The position numbers were made by a program, and so were the translations under genes. A model generated the notes under the pieces. The model saw only the letters and a program-made list of their open reading frames with translations. It made no database searches and was not told the DNA's origin. Positions 9,151 to 18,584 of a stretch of 64,000 bases of DNA are shown piece by piece. Each line of letters opens with the position of its first letter. The first letter of the stretch is position 1. Source of the stretch: Alphaproteobacteria bacterium UBA3002 (lineage in GTDB: Bacteria; Pseudomonadota; Alphaproteobacteria; Rickettsiales; UBA3002); the NCBI GenBank assembly GCA_002346425.1, contig DDZS01000065.1, forward strand, positions 73 through 64,072, written 5' to 3'.

Positions 9151-9945
9151 CTAAATCCCGAAATTGCGTTCCCAGAATCCGGGTTGCGGAGGATACGGTT
9201 CCTGACGGCCAACCTCGTTATAGACGCAGACGATATAAGGTCCTTTACGCAGCGTCATCACATTCGAAACACGTTCCACTACGATATAATTGCCGCGCGT
9301 GCGGAAGTTGATCAGCTCTTCATTGCCTGCCGCGTCCACATTGAAAAAGGCGGGAACATCCGCATTTTTATCGGCAAATTCGAAATAGGTGAACTCGCCA
9401 TCGTCAAAAATACGCAAGGGCGAAATCGTTTCCGATCCACGAATGGAGTATTGGAAATTATATTTATCGGGTTCCTTATTGAAATCCGGCACATCATCGT
9501 CTTCTTCATAGACAATCGTCGCGATGTCATCTTCCGGATAGACGAAGCGCATCACAAACACCATCTCGCGATCGTCGATGTCCTCGGTTTCCCGCGCATG
9601 TAACTCGAAGTGATAGGTATGCTTATTGGTAATCACCGTCATATTGGTCAGCGCATCCTGCTCGATCGGCTTCAGGAAGATACGACTACCCGTCGGATTG
9701 ATCAGCCAGGAAATCGAATCACCTACTGAGATCGTCTGAATTTCTTCGTCAGGTGAAAACTCAATACTCGATTGATAGCCATAATGGCCAATAAATTTGA
9801 AGACTTCGTTTTCACTATACCGCACGGTTTGCAAGCGGTGCTCCGTTGCGATGGGCCGCGGGGTTTGCAGGGCGAACGCTTCCGAACCGGCGATAAAAAT
9901 CGTCAGAATCAGAAGAATCGCGGTGATAAAGCCTGCCTGTCTCAT
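9151..9945 (-). CDS. VirB9/TrbG/CagX-family type IV secretion outer-membrane core protein homologue (orphan)
   Basis: Signal peptide. N-domain ..VRYSENEVFKFIGHYGYQSSIEFSPDEEIQTISVGDSISWLINPTGSRIFLKPIEQDALTNMTVITNKHTYHFEL.. and C-domain ..RIFDDGEFTYFEF...LINFRTRGNYIVVERV...LRKG.. follow the VirB9 pattern. Confidence 0.75.
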   Translation of the reverse strand: MRQAGFITAILLILTIFIAGSEAFALQTPRPIATEHRLQTVRYSENEVFKFIGHYGYQSSIEFSPDEEIQTISVGDSISWLINPTGSRIFLKPIEQDALTNMTVITNKHTYHFELHARETEDIDDREMVFVMRFVYPEDDIATIVYEEDDDVPDFNKEPDKYNFQYSIRGSETISPLRIFDDGEFTYFEFADKNADVPAFFNVDAAGNEELINFRTRGNYIVVERVSNVMTLRKGPYIVCVYNEVGRQEPYPPQPGFWERNFGI

Positions 9946-9962
9946 TCCCCACCCTTATTGTT

Positions 9963-10706
9963 TTACGGTTGCATGACCTGCGGTTGAATCTGGTAGCTCA
10001 GCACCTTAAACTCTGGCTCCACCAGATCAAGCACATAATTGTCTTTGTCATCATCATATCGATTTTCTTCACGCAGGTCAGACCATTCGTAGCTAATCGT
10101 GGCCATCCAGTTGGTGCGCTCCCGCTCGTTACGCTCCACCCGCTCCTGCTCAAATTGGACCCGCGCGGTCAGCGGTTGAGAGTCTTCGATATACTGCACC
10201 GATTGCACGGTAATATTCAGCACGGCATATTTGCCGTACCGCCGAATCGGGCTGTTGCGATTGCTGGGGCTGATCTGTTGATCATAGGTCGAAAACACTT
10301 CCGGCACCGCATATTGGTAAATGAAATTACGCCGCGTATTATATTCGCTTTCATTATAGGCTTCGTAATTTTTCACAAATTGCGTCAGATAGAAGCGTTG
10401 CATTGCGGCGTTAATCGGTTCGCGTGCCTGCCGTAAAGGTTCTAGGCGCAGCCGCCGATTCATCATGTCATCGGTAGTAGTGGGATAGAAAAACGGCCGT
10501 ATATCCACGATCGGTAATAAGTTCACGATGCCCATAAACGCGAAGACAAAAATAAACGAACAGATGGCGGTGATAATCAGGAAAAAAACGCGCTGTGAAA
10601 TCGGCGCAACATAGATGCGGCTATACCATTCGCGCGATTCGGTGAAATACTCACCGGAGTCGATCTCCTCGCGCATTTTTGCCATATCCACATCGTCTTT
10701 TGCCAT
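9963..10706 (-). CDS. VirB8/TrbF-family bitopic inner-membrane protein homologue (orphan)
   Basis: Cytoplasmic N-terminus (EYFTESREWYSRIY), a single TM (FFLIITAICSFIFVFAFMGIV) and a periplasmic region of about 170 aa of VirB8 size. Immediately upstream of the virB9-like gene (17-nt gap). Confidence 0.6.
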   Translation of the reverse strand: MAKDDVDMAKMREEIDSGEYFTESREWYSRIYVAPISQRVFFLIITAICSFIFVFAFMGIVNLLPIVDIRPFFYPTTTDDMMNRRLRLEPLRQAREPINAAMQRFYLTQFVKNYEAYNESEYNTRRNFIYQYAVPEVFSTYDQQISPSNRNSPIRRYGKYAVLNITVQSVQYIEDSQPLTARVQFEQERVERNERERTNWMATISYEWSDLREENRYDDDKDNYVLDLVEPEFKVLSYQIQPQVMQP

Positions 10707-10809
10707 AAAACTCAAAATGTTCGCGTTATAGTAACATATGTGTCACATTTGAATGAAATTTGTGTTAAACTAGCCTATACAATAAAAAAGACGGATTGGG
10801 GAGCATCTT

Positions 10810-13800
10810 ATGTCGCGACTGTTAATCGTGATGCATATGGCGGTGCTACTGGCATTGCCTTCGATCAGCCATGCGCAAACGACCGATGAAGTGCGCAAGC
10901 CGAAGCTGAAATGCGTATCAAAAGAAAAAGTAACCGCAAATGGGAAAGAAATCCGTGGCCAGGCCGCAAGCGGCGTCTACGGCGCCTGCCCGGTTACCGA
11001 GGTCGCGCCCTTCAATTCTGTCAGTGGCAGTCCCTTCGACTATAACATGTGGAACGTGCTGGTTGACGCTGTGGACCCCGCGGATGGTGTGCCCTGGCGC
11101 TATAAGCCGGTCTTTGCGCGCAGCAATCTGAACGTGGCCGGGTCCGCGCTCGGCGATGTGACCTCCATTGCGCGCCTTGCGGGTGATGACAAATGCGAAG
11201 ACACGCGCGTGGCTTGCGGCGATAAAATTTACGATAAAGGCACCAATCCTTGTCTGTGGTATACCGAAGTCATGCAAATCGCCGCGATGGATTTGTTCAG
11301 CGACAGCACGCGGGGGTTCAGCCCCGGCCGGAATAAAGTGGTCGCTGGCCTGCCCGATGTCGTGTGTAAGCAGCAGGACAATATCGTTCAGGAAAAAGAG
11401 CCGTATCGCAATCAGGCCCGCGGCCTGAAAAACCCGATGGCTAAAGATGGTGATAATTTAAAGGCCGGCGACATCCTAGCCAGTTCGTTTAAAAAACTCG
11501 GTTCTGCCGATGGATTTAAAGAAGGCCAGATGTTTAAGGACATGCATAAGGAATTTCCTTATGAATCCTTATTCTTAGCCAATGATTTCAACAGCGAAAC
11601 ACAATATGCCGGTGTGCCCGGTGTTGGCGAGGCAAAGGCCGCGCCCACAAAAAATATCTACGATTTCCCATTCGATTTAGGCCAGCGTACCGAGCATCAA
11701 CCCAAAGACCTGATGAAAAAGCTATTTCCGGATGCACATAAGCTGCTCAGCAACGACAATATGAGTCACTTTTTGGCGGGGCGCGAATGGCAGGGCTTAA
11801 AAGACTTTGGCAATAAAATGCCCTTTGGCAAAGGGTTTGACGCCTCTTATGCCACCAAGCCGTTTCAGGACATGCTGGAAAAACTGAAGGGCAAAAGCCT
11901 GACCGACTTACAGCTGAGTCGCTATAAACGCATCAATGACCCGACCAACGCGTTTTCACCCTTCGACAAGTTGCTAATGTATCCGGTGGATTTACATTAT
12001 TCTGCCGCAGTAAACCCTTCCAAAGCCAGCGCAAAAGCGGCTGCGCGTATGGGTGGCAGCGCTGCCGCCAAAGGCTCTGGCAACGTCAAAATCGGCTGGA
12101 ACTTTCAGGATTACCCGAAGGGCTGGGGGAAAGACTACAGTAACGACGTCGAGCATGCGGTGCGCTGTTCCGGCAATAAAAGAGCCGAAGGTAGCGACAA
12201 TCGTCCCGACAAATTTATCCTGACTAACCTCCTCGTCCCTCGCTACGGTAAGGGGCACAATTCGATCATGAAGCGGATTACCTTTAACCGTTTGTGCAAA
12301 GCCAACGACCCCGTCGTAACGCCCCCATGGTGTAAAGGTAGAAGCAGCAAAGGCTTAGAATATTTTGATGGAAAAGAAACCCGCATTAGCGACGGTCTTT
12401 GTAGCGGTTGCTGGACGAATTGTTGCTGGCGCGACAACATCAATTCGGAACGCCCACCGGCGCGCACCAATTGGAACGCCGCGCGCGATCCGGCGATGGA
12501 ACTGGCAAAATGTATCAAATGCCCACCATGGATCAACGACCATCCGGTGACCCCTTATATCGACAAGGTGCATAAAGAGATCGGGATTGATTACGAACCC
12601 GGCTGGATCACAGAGCGGATCGAAAAGGTCTGCGACGATATCGCGAAGCCAATGCCGCTCTTAAACAACAAAGAAATGTGCGATATTCGCGAATTGTACA
12701 AGCGGGGCGAAACTTTGAAGGGGCCGGAACTCACCTTCTTCGGCCAATTCTCGGATAGTCGTCCCTACCCGGCTTTGCCGACTACAGGTAAAGAAATGAA
12801 AGAACGCCGTTGGAAACCTTCCGGCGGTAAGCCGCCTCTATTACCTGGGGCGGAAGAATATTGGGCCGACCGTCGCGATGGGTATTATGGTGATGGCGCC
12901 TATGTAGGACTCTGTAATTACCCGGCCAACAAGCCCGATCCTCTTGTGGCACAAGTGCTTCCTGAGACCGAAGAAGGTGTAGATCGCCTGAGCTACGCCA
13001 GCGCTATCCTTGGCTTGCTGGAAGCCCGCGCCGCACCTTCTGGCGGTGGTTTAAAAACCGTGGGGCCAAGCTTCGGCGGGGTTGGCGATATGGCGGGTAA
13101 AGAGGGCTGCCCAAGTTCCGCCGCTCACCCGATGTTTGGGGCGTTAGCAGGGGAAATTCTACTGCAGCATCGCACCAAGCACGAGTTAGGCTATTCCTGC
13201 GAACCGCATGAAGGGCGGCAGATGGGTAAAGGCGTCGCAGCCATGGTGGCCGATCTAGGTTCCGCTGCGATCAATATTCTCGCGAAAGATGCCGAAGGCA
13301 AAGACACCGGTATTCAGATTACCATGCCGTTTACCGATACCTATCGCGGGTGGATTTTCGCACAAGATGCCTCACAAGCCTTCCCGAATGGCGGTGGCGG
13401 CGAAAAGCCGACCATGAAAACCGGCATCGAAAAAATGCGTGAATATATTGACGATCCGGAAAAGGATCCGGCTGGTGCCATTGTGGTATTGGAAAAAGGC
13501 GGCGCACCGAGCAGTCCGGCCGCAGCCGCACGTATGGGATACGCCTCGGCCAAAGCCGCAGGCGGTGGTGGCGCAGTGGATGACGGTAAACCTGGTATGC
13601 GCACCGCTGTCGTGGTGTCGCAGGTCGGTGAAAACTTCTTCGATGCGTATCAGACGAATATCGGTCTCTGGCCCGACGCGCTGGGTAACAATAGCGGCTC
13701 CGGCGGACGCGTTCTTCGACGTTTCTATAAAGAAGGCACCATGCCGCAGGCCTATAAAGATATGTATGCCAAGATCAAAGTCCCCACGCATTGCGCGGTG

Positions 13801-14622
13801 GCGGCCCAAAGCTCCGGCGTCTGCGAGTTGGACAATGAAACATGGGAAAATACGCAATGGTTCCACCCGGCAGATATGAAATATCCGGGGGATGAGGAAG
13901 CCACTGCGCGTATGGCCCCGGGCAGCGGTGCAGCAGCGAAGGCCGGTGGTGGTAGTATATGCGATTACGACCGCACCAAAACCTATCTGATCGAACCGAA
14001 AAAACTCTTCGACGCGATCGCTAAAGGGGACCGCCCATGCCGCAACTGGCTTAAAAAAGGTGGCTATAGCATTAATACCGGCGGTACCGGCAGCGTGCAA
14101 ATGGGCGAGTTGATCAAACCCTTCACCGGCCCACCAATGAATGCGATGCAGCCTGTCACAGGTACCGGCGATAATACACTTAACCTGCAAGACTTGTTGC
14201 GACAACTTGGCGGCTTATTAGGAGGCGGCGCGATGGGTGGCGGTGCCGGTGGTCTGAACGGTGTATTCAACAACGCCCAAGGTGAGAATGGCGATGCGGA
14301 AAACACCGCAGAAGGGTTTGGATTTGCTGGCCCTGACATTAAACAGCGCCTGACCGAACTCGATCCGCTCTATCCGGCCTATGATTTGCTCAATATTGGT
14401 AAAAACGGCTTTGACCTGACTAAGCTGGAAACTGATACCGATACGGTGGCAACACTCTTCCCGGCAGTAACCAATATTCCAGTCGTGCCGATCGCATCGC
14501 CGGATCATAAGATGGTTTCGTGCGAAGTAGTGTTGGAAATTTCGGTGATTCCGCGGCCGCTCTATGAGCTATGTCGGTATTATGTCGACCTAAGCGAGCA
14601 TGACTTCACGGTGATCGACTAA
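10810..14622 (+). CDS. Giant secreted Cys-rich protein of unknown function (1270 aa)
   Basis: Signal peptide MSRLLIVMHMAVLLALPSISHA/Q. More than 25 Cys, including the clusters CSGCWTNCCW and CIKCPPW. Three copies of an A-x-A-R-M...A-A-K-x-G-G motif. Gly-rich tract near the C-terminus. No family recognised. Confidence 0.7.
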   Translation: MSRLLIVMHMAVLLALPSISHAQTTDEVRKPKLKCVSKEKVTANGKEIRGQAASGVYGACPVTEVAPFNSVSGSPFDYNMWNVLVDAVDPADGVPWRYKPVFARSNLNVAGSALGDVTSIARLAGDDKCEDTRVACGDKIYDKGTNPCLWYTEVMQIAAMDLFSDSTRGFSPGRNKVVAGLPDVVCKQQDNIVQEKEPYRNQARGLKNPMAKDGDNLKAGDILASSFKKLGSADGFKEGQMFKDMHKEFPYESLFLANDFNSETQYAGVPGVGEAKAAPTKNIYDFPFDLGQRTEHQPKDLMKKLFPDAHKLLSNDNMSHFLAGREWQGLKDFGNKMPFGKGFDASYATKPFQDMLEKLKGKSLTDLQLSRYKRINDPTNAFSPFDKLLMYPVDLHYSAAVNPSKASAKAAARMGGSAAAKGSGNVKIGWNFQDYPKGWGKDYSNDVEHAVRCSGNKRAEGSDNRPDKFILTNLLVPRYGKGHNSIMKRITFNRLCKANDPVVTPPWCKGRSSKGLEYFDGKETRISDGLCSGCWTNCCWRDNINSERPPARTNWNAARDPAMELAKCIKCPPWINDHPVTPYIDKVHKEIGIDYEPGWITERIEKVCDDIAKPMPLLNNKEMCDIRELYKRGETLKGPELTFFGQFSDSRPYPALPTTGKEMKERRWKPSGGKPPLLPGAEEYWADRRDGYYGDGAYVGLCNYPANKPDPLVAQVLPETEEGVDRLSYASAILGLLEARAAPSGGGLKTVGPSFGGVGDMAGKEGCPSSAAHPMFGALAGEILLQHRTKHELGYSCEPHEGRQMGKGVAAMVADLGSAAINILAKDAEGKDTGIQITMPFTDTYRGWIFAQDASQAFPNGGGGEKPTMKTGIEKMREYIDDPEKDPAGAIVVLEKGGAPSSPAAAARMGYASAKAAGGGGAVDDGKPGMRTAVVVSQVGENFFDAYQTNIGLWPDALGNNSGSGGRVLRRFYKEGTMPQAYKDMYAKIKVPTHCAVAAQSSGVCELDNETWENTQWFHPADMKYPGDEEATARMAPGSGAAAKAGGGSICDYDRTKTYLIEPKKLFDAIAKGDRPCRNWLKKGGYSINTGGTGSVQMGELIKPFTGPPMNAMQPVTGTGDNTLNLQDLLRQLGGLLGGGAMGGGAGGLNGVFNNAQGENGDAENTAEGFGFAGPDIKQRLTELDPLYPAYDLLNIGKNGFDLTKLETDTDTVATLFPAVTNIPVVPIASPDHKMVSCEVVLEISVIPRPLYELCRYYVDLSEHDFTVID

Positions 14623-15303
14623 ATAAGCTTCGGCCTGGGCTAACCCATCCGGATCGCCGATATGCAGCCAATCGCCGTCATGCACAACGGCGGTGATACG
14701 CCCTTCGGCTAACAAGCGGTTGTAGATGACGTTCATCGAAAACGCGCCCTCTGGCGCATGGACGAAGGCTCGCGGATGCAATAATTGCAGCCCGGTGAAC
14801 ACATAAGGCGCATGCGGCGCTTCGCCGCGGCGCGCCAGCTCTCCATCATTCAAGGTAAAATCCCCCGCCCCGTCATAACCGCGGGCGTGCTCACGCGGCA
14901 CCAGGGTTAACACGGCGTCCACTTCCTTATGCATCGCATCAGCCATGCGCGTCACCAACTGCGCTTGCGGGTCAATGCATAACGCATCACTATTAGCCAC
15001 GACGAATGGCGCTTCGCCCAATTGCGGCAAGGCATGGCGAATTCCGCCACCCGTTTCTAGCAGTTCCGCCTCGTAAAGCGCTGTTACCTGCGGCATAGCC
15101 TCAACATATTCCTGAATCTGCTCCGCCAGATAATGCGTATTCACTACCAGCTTCGACACCCCGTAACCACGCATCGCCTGCATATGCCAGCCGAGCAGTG
15201 GCGTTCCCGCCAGTTCAATCATCGGCTTTGGTGTGGCAAGCGTCAGGGGTCGCATCCGCGCCCCCAGTCCGGCGGCCAAAATCATTCCATGGGTAATCTG
15301 CAT
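14590..15303 (-). CDS. Sugar-1-phosphate nucleotidylyltransferase (MurU/GlmU-N-terminal-like)
   Basis: GMILAAGLGARMRPLTLATPKPM nucleotide-binding signature. Start chosen at ATG 15303. The 3' end overlaps the convergent giant gene by 33 nt. Confidence 0.7.
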   Translation of the reverse strand: MQITHGMILAAGLGARMRPLTLATPKPMIELAGTPLLGWHMQAMRGYGVSKLVVNTHYLAEQIQEYVEAMPQVTALYEAELLETGGGIRHALPQLGEAPFVVANSDALCIDPQAQLVTRMADAMHKEVDAVLTLVPREHARGYDGAGDFTLNDGELARRGEAPHAPYVFTGLQLLHPRAFVHAPEGAFSMNVIYNRLLAEGRITAVVHDGDWLHIGDPDGLAQAEAYLVDHREVMLA

Positions 15304-15431
15304 GAATCTATCATGCGTCAGCGCGGCTGGCCGGAGCAATCATAGCATGCTTTTTGCTAACAAGTGGAAAGTCCCGTCTTGCGGCTTTGCAAGCGCGCGG
15401 CTGCATGCTAAGGCTAGAGGACAGAGAGGCT

Positions 15432-18400
15432 ATGAAGAACAAGATATTGGGCATAGGGGCGGCATTACTGCTGTATTTGCCGGTGAGCGCGTTTGCCGCG
15501 CTGACGCCGGAGATTTCCGTACGCCAGCAGTCCGATTTCACACGGGTTTTGTTTAGTTGGCCGGAGAAAGTGCGCTTCAAAGTCGCCCCGTCGGGCGATA
15601 AAGTGACCCTCGAATTCTCGGAAGCTGCCACGCTGGACACCGCGCGGATTCGCTCAGCCCTTGGCGCGCGGCTGCAAGCGGCACAGGTCACCGATAATGG
15701 CCGCAAACTCGTGCTCGATTTTGATCAGCCTTACCGCATACGCCATTTTATTAGCGGCAATGCGAATGGCATCGACATTATGGATGCGGATACCCCGCCG
15801 CCCTCGCCCATTGTCCCACCGCCTGAACCGATTGCCGAAGCTAAGCCCCCCGCTCCGCCCCCAGCCCCGAAACCGAAGCCAGCAGTGCCGGAAGAAACCG
15901 CGGCAACGCCCACCGTTCCATTAACTCAGCCTGCGCCAGCACCGGAAGCGCCCGCGGCTGAAACGCCTGCGCCTGCCGAGCATGAGCCGATTGCTGAAGC
16001 CGCAGAGCCTGAAGCAACAGCCGCGCCCGAAGCACCAGCCTCGCAACCGAACGCCCCCGTACCGGAAACAACCGATCCGTTTGCCGCAAATGAGCCGGAA
16101 GCAGCAGTCAAGGCCGAGCTGGAAGCGCCCGAACAGATCGAAATCATAGAAGAGGAACCCGCCGAACCTGCGCCAGTCGCAGAAGTCACCGAAACCGGCG
16201 GTGATTACCCCTTCCTGGTCACCACCAATCTGCTACCGACGATGACGGAAATTCGATTCCCCTGGCGCGAGCGCGTCGCCGCAGCGACCTTCCTCCGCGG
16301 CGATGCCATCTGGATTGTGTTTAACAAACATAAAGCGCTGAACATGACGCTGCTAAAAAGCATCATGCCCGCGTCGGTCCTGCAAGTCGATGAAGTTGCC
16401 GTCCCAAATCACACCGTATTGCGCCTGACCACCGATGGCACGATTTTCCCGAAGATGGTACAGCCCGAACGTTCCGGCGAGTGGCATGTCGTACTGTCCG
16501 TCTATAAACAAGTGCCGCCCGTCCCACTACCGATTGAACGCCGCGGGTTAGAGCGCGATAATCCGTCATTGTTTATTCCCACGCTGCAATATGCCAAGCC
16601 GGTCACCATTTCCGACCCCGTAATTGGCGATGCCATGCGCATCGCGGCGGTCTATACACCCGGTGCCGGCATCTATCCCGCGCGCGATTATCCGCAGGTG
16701 CATCTGCCTGCGACCGCGCAAGGCGTGGTGGCTATTCCCAAAACCGATTTACTACGTTTTCGCACTTCGCGTTCCGGCTTCATCATCGATAGCAAGGAAG
16801 GCTTAGCGCTTTCCAAAGAACTGCCGGAACTGAAACTGGCCGAGCTGGAAGTCCTCGGCGGCGATGACGCGACCTGGTTCCCGTGGGACCGCTGGAATCC
16901 TGAGCCGGACAGCTTTATGGAAGCGCGTGCTAAATTGCAGCAAGCCATGGTCGGTAGCGCAGGCATCCGTTCAACCAGCCTGCAATTGAAACTCGCCGAA
17001 CTCTATTTGTCCGAAGGTCTTGCCGCCGAAGCATTGTCATTCTTGAATTTGATTGAAGAGCAAGACCCGGGTTTTTTCAAAGAACGCAAATTGCAGGCTT
17101 ATCGTGGCGCGGCTAAGTTTTTAATGGATCGATATGACGAAGCCAAAACCGCCTTCAGCGCCGAAGAACTGGCCAGCGACGATGAACGCAAACTCTGGCT
17201 CGATGCTTTGAAGATTTTCGAAGAGAGCCGCCCGCGCTTCGATTACGTCGATTACTATACGCGCTATATTCAGTATTACCCACCAGCTTTGCGCGACAAA
17301 CTGGCAATTGTCGCTGCGGATAATTACATCAACCGCAAAAGCTATAGCCGCGCGATGACGACGTTAGAAACCATCGGCGCGTTGGAAGAAACCGATGAGC
17401 GCATGCCCTATATCGACTTCCTGATTGGCAAAATCGCCCAGAAAAAAGGCCAGATTAAAACCGCGCAGGAAATCTGGGAACCGTTGACCAAGCAGGATAA
17501 AGACCGCTTCGTGCGCGCCCGCGCCGAGTTTGCGCTGGTGACCATGCTGCTGGATGAAGAACTGATCGACCGCGAAGAAGCGATTGAGCGGCTGGATACC
17601 TTGCGGGTGGTCTGGCGCGGTGATTCGCTGGAGATGAATCTACTGAATTACCTCGGCTCGCTTTACATGCAAGAGGAACGCTATATCGAGGGTTTGCGCG
17701 CATGGAATGAATTGATCGAGCAATTCCCTACGGCCGAGGTTGCGCCCGATATTGCGCGTGAAATGGCCTCGATCTTCAAGCAATTGTTCAGCAAAGGTGA
17801 GGCGGATAAGCTCACGCCGCTGGAAGCGCTGGCTTTGTTCTACGAATTCAAACGCCTGATTCCGATAGGCGAAGAAGGCGACGTTATGGTGCAGGACTTA
17901 GCCGACCGTCTGGCCAAGGTTGACCTGCTGCATCGCGCGGCAGAGCTGCTGGAGCACCAAATCGCTTTCCGTCAGGATAAGCAGGCACGCAGTAAACTTG
18001 GGTCACGGTTGGCGATGATTTACCTGCTCAATGGCGAGCCGAAAAAATCGCTCGAAACACTGGAAGTCACCAATTACGGCGAAAATCCGGCCGAGTTGCG
18101 CCAACGCCGCCAGCGTATTGCCGCGATGGCTTTCGCCTCCACCGGTGAACCGCAACGCGGCGTCGACATGCTCGAAGGCGATCCCAGCCGCGAAGCGCAG
18201 CTGGTGCGTTTAAACCTATATTGGCAAATGCGCGAATGGCGCAACGTCATTCGTTCCGGTGAAGCGCTGATGGGCATCCGCCCGGACGTGACCGCGCCGC
18301 TGACTCAACAGGAAAGCGAAGTCATGCTGCAACTCGCCATCGCCTATATGTTCGAGCGCGAGAATGACCAGCTCGCCTACCTGCGCGATGTGTTCGGCCC

Positions 18401-18575
18401 GCTAATGCCCGATGGTCCGAATAAAGAAATCTTTGCCTTTGTCACCAATACGTCTGGCCCGGTGACGCCACAGCAATTCAGTCAGGTCAGCGACCAGATC
18501 AGCCGCATGGAGAACTTCATGCAGTCCTACCGCGATCAGGTGGAAACCGGTGGGTTGAGTAGCATTTTAAATTAG
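15432..18575 (+). CDS. Periplasmic AMIN-like domain / Pro-Ala-Glu-rich linker / TPR-like repeat protein (1047 aa)
   Basis: Signal peptide (LLLYLPVSAFA). The N-terminal beta-rich module (FTRVLFSWPEKVRFKV..GDKVTLEF) resembles AMIN domains. About 130 aa PAPE-rich low complexity. C-terminal half is helical-repeat (TPR-like). Confidence 0.55.
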   Translation: MKNKILGIGAALLLYLPVSAFAALTPEISVRQQSDFTRVLFSWPEKVRFKVAPSGDKVTLEFSEAATLDTARIRSALGARLQAAQVTDNGRKLVLDFDQPYRIRHFISGNANGIDIMDADTPPPSPIVPPPEPIAEAKPPAPPPAPKPKPAVPEETAATPTVPLTQPAPAPEAPAAETPAPAEHEPIAEAAEPEATAAPEAPASQPNAPVPETTDPFAANEPEAAVKAELEAPEQIEIIEEEPAEPAPVAEVTETGGDYPFLVTTNLLPTMTEIRFPWRERVAAATFLRGDAIWIVFNKHKALNMTLLKSIMPASVLQVDEVAVPNHTVLRLTTDGTIFPKMVQPERSGEWHVVLSVYKQVPPVPLPIERRGLERDNPSLFIPTLQYAKPVTISDPVIGDAMRIAAVYTPGAGIYPARDYPQVHLPATAQGVVAIPKTDLLRFRTSRSGFIIDSKEGLALSKELPELKLAELEVLGGDDATWFPWDRWNPEPDSFMEARAKLQQAMVGSAGIRSTSLQLKLAELYLSEGLAAEALSFLNLIEEQDPGFFKERKLQAYRGAAKFLMDRYDEAKTAFSAEELASDDERKLWLDALKIFEESRPRFDYVDYYTRYIQYYPPALRDKLAIVAADNYINRKSYSRAMTTLETIGALEETDERMPYIDFLIGKIAQKKGQIKTAQEIWEPLTKQDKDRFVRARAEFALVTMLLDEELIDREEAIERLDTLRVVWRGDSLEMNLLNYLGSLYMQEERYIEGLRAWNELIEQFPTAEVAPDIAREMASIFKQLFSKGEADKLTPLEALALFYEFKRLIPIGEEGDVMVQDLADRLAKVDLLHRAAELLEHQIAFRQDKQARSKLGSRLAMIYLLNGEPKKSLETLEVTNYGENPAELRQRRQRIAAMAFASTGEPQRGVDMLEGDPSREAQLVRLNLYWQMREWRNVIRSGEALMGIRPDVTAPLTQQESEVMLQLAIAYMFERENDQLAYLRDVFGPLMPDGPNKEIFAFVTNTSGPVTPQQFSQVSDQISRMENFMQSYRDQVETGGLSSILN

Positions 18576-18584
18576 CGAATGCCT

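Noticed and set aside
9151-10706. A type IV secretion system or conjugative element
   Set aside because: Only VirB8-like and VirB9-like genes are present. There is no VirB4/B10/B11/D4 ATPase or core gene, pilin, relaxase, oriT-like repeat or integrase within the 64 kb, so no T4SS locus or mobile element can be claimed from this window.
10740-10760. A Pho box in the virB8/giant-gene intergenic region (GTGTCACATTTGAATGAA, or on the other strand TTTCATTCAAATGTGAC)
   Set aside because: Only one of the two 7-mers is a good match in either orientation, which is too weak to call. I note it inside the VirB8/B9 finding as a possibility only.
13372-14205. 277-aa minus-strand ORF, plus several 60-150-aa ORFs on both strands within 10810..14622
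   Set aside because: They are embedded antisense or out of frame in the 1270-aa gene. They have Arg/Gly/His-rich junk-like composition and no Shine-Dalgarno or promoter context.
15731-16189. Several 60-90-aa ORFs (both strands) and apparent tandem repeats in the Pro/Ala/Glu-rich region
   Set aside because: This is low-complexity coding sequence of the AMIN/TPR protein linker. There is no regular repeat-spacer structure, so it is not a CRISPR array or a satellite.
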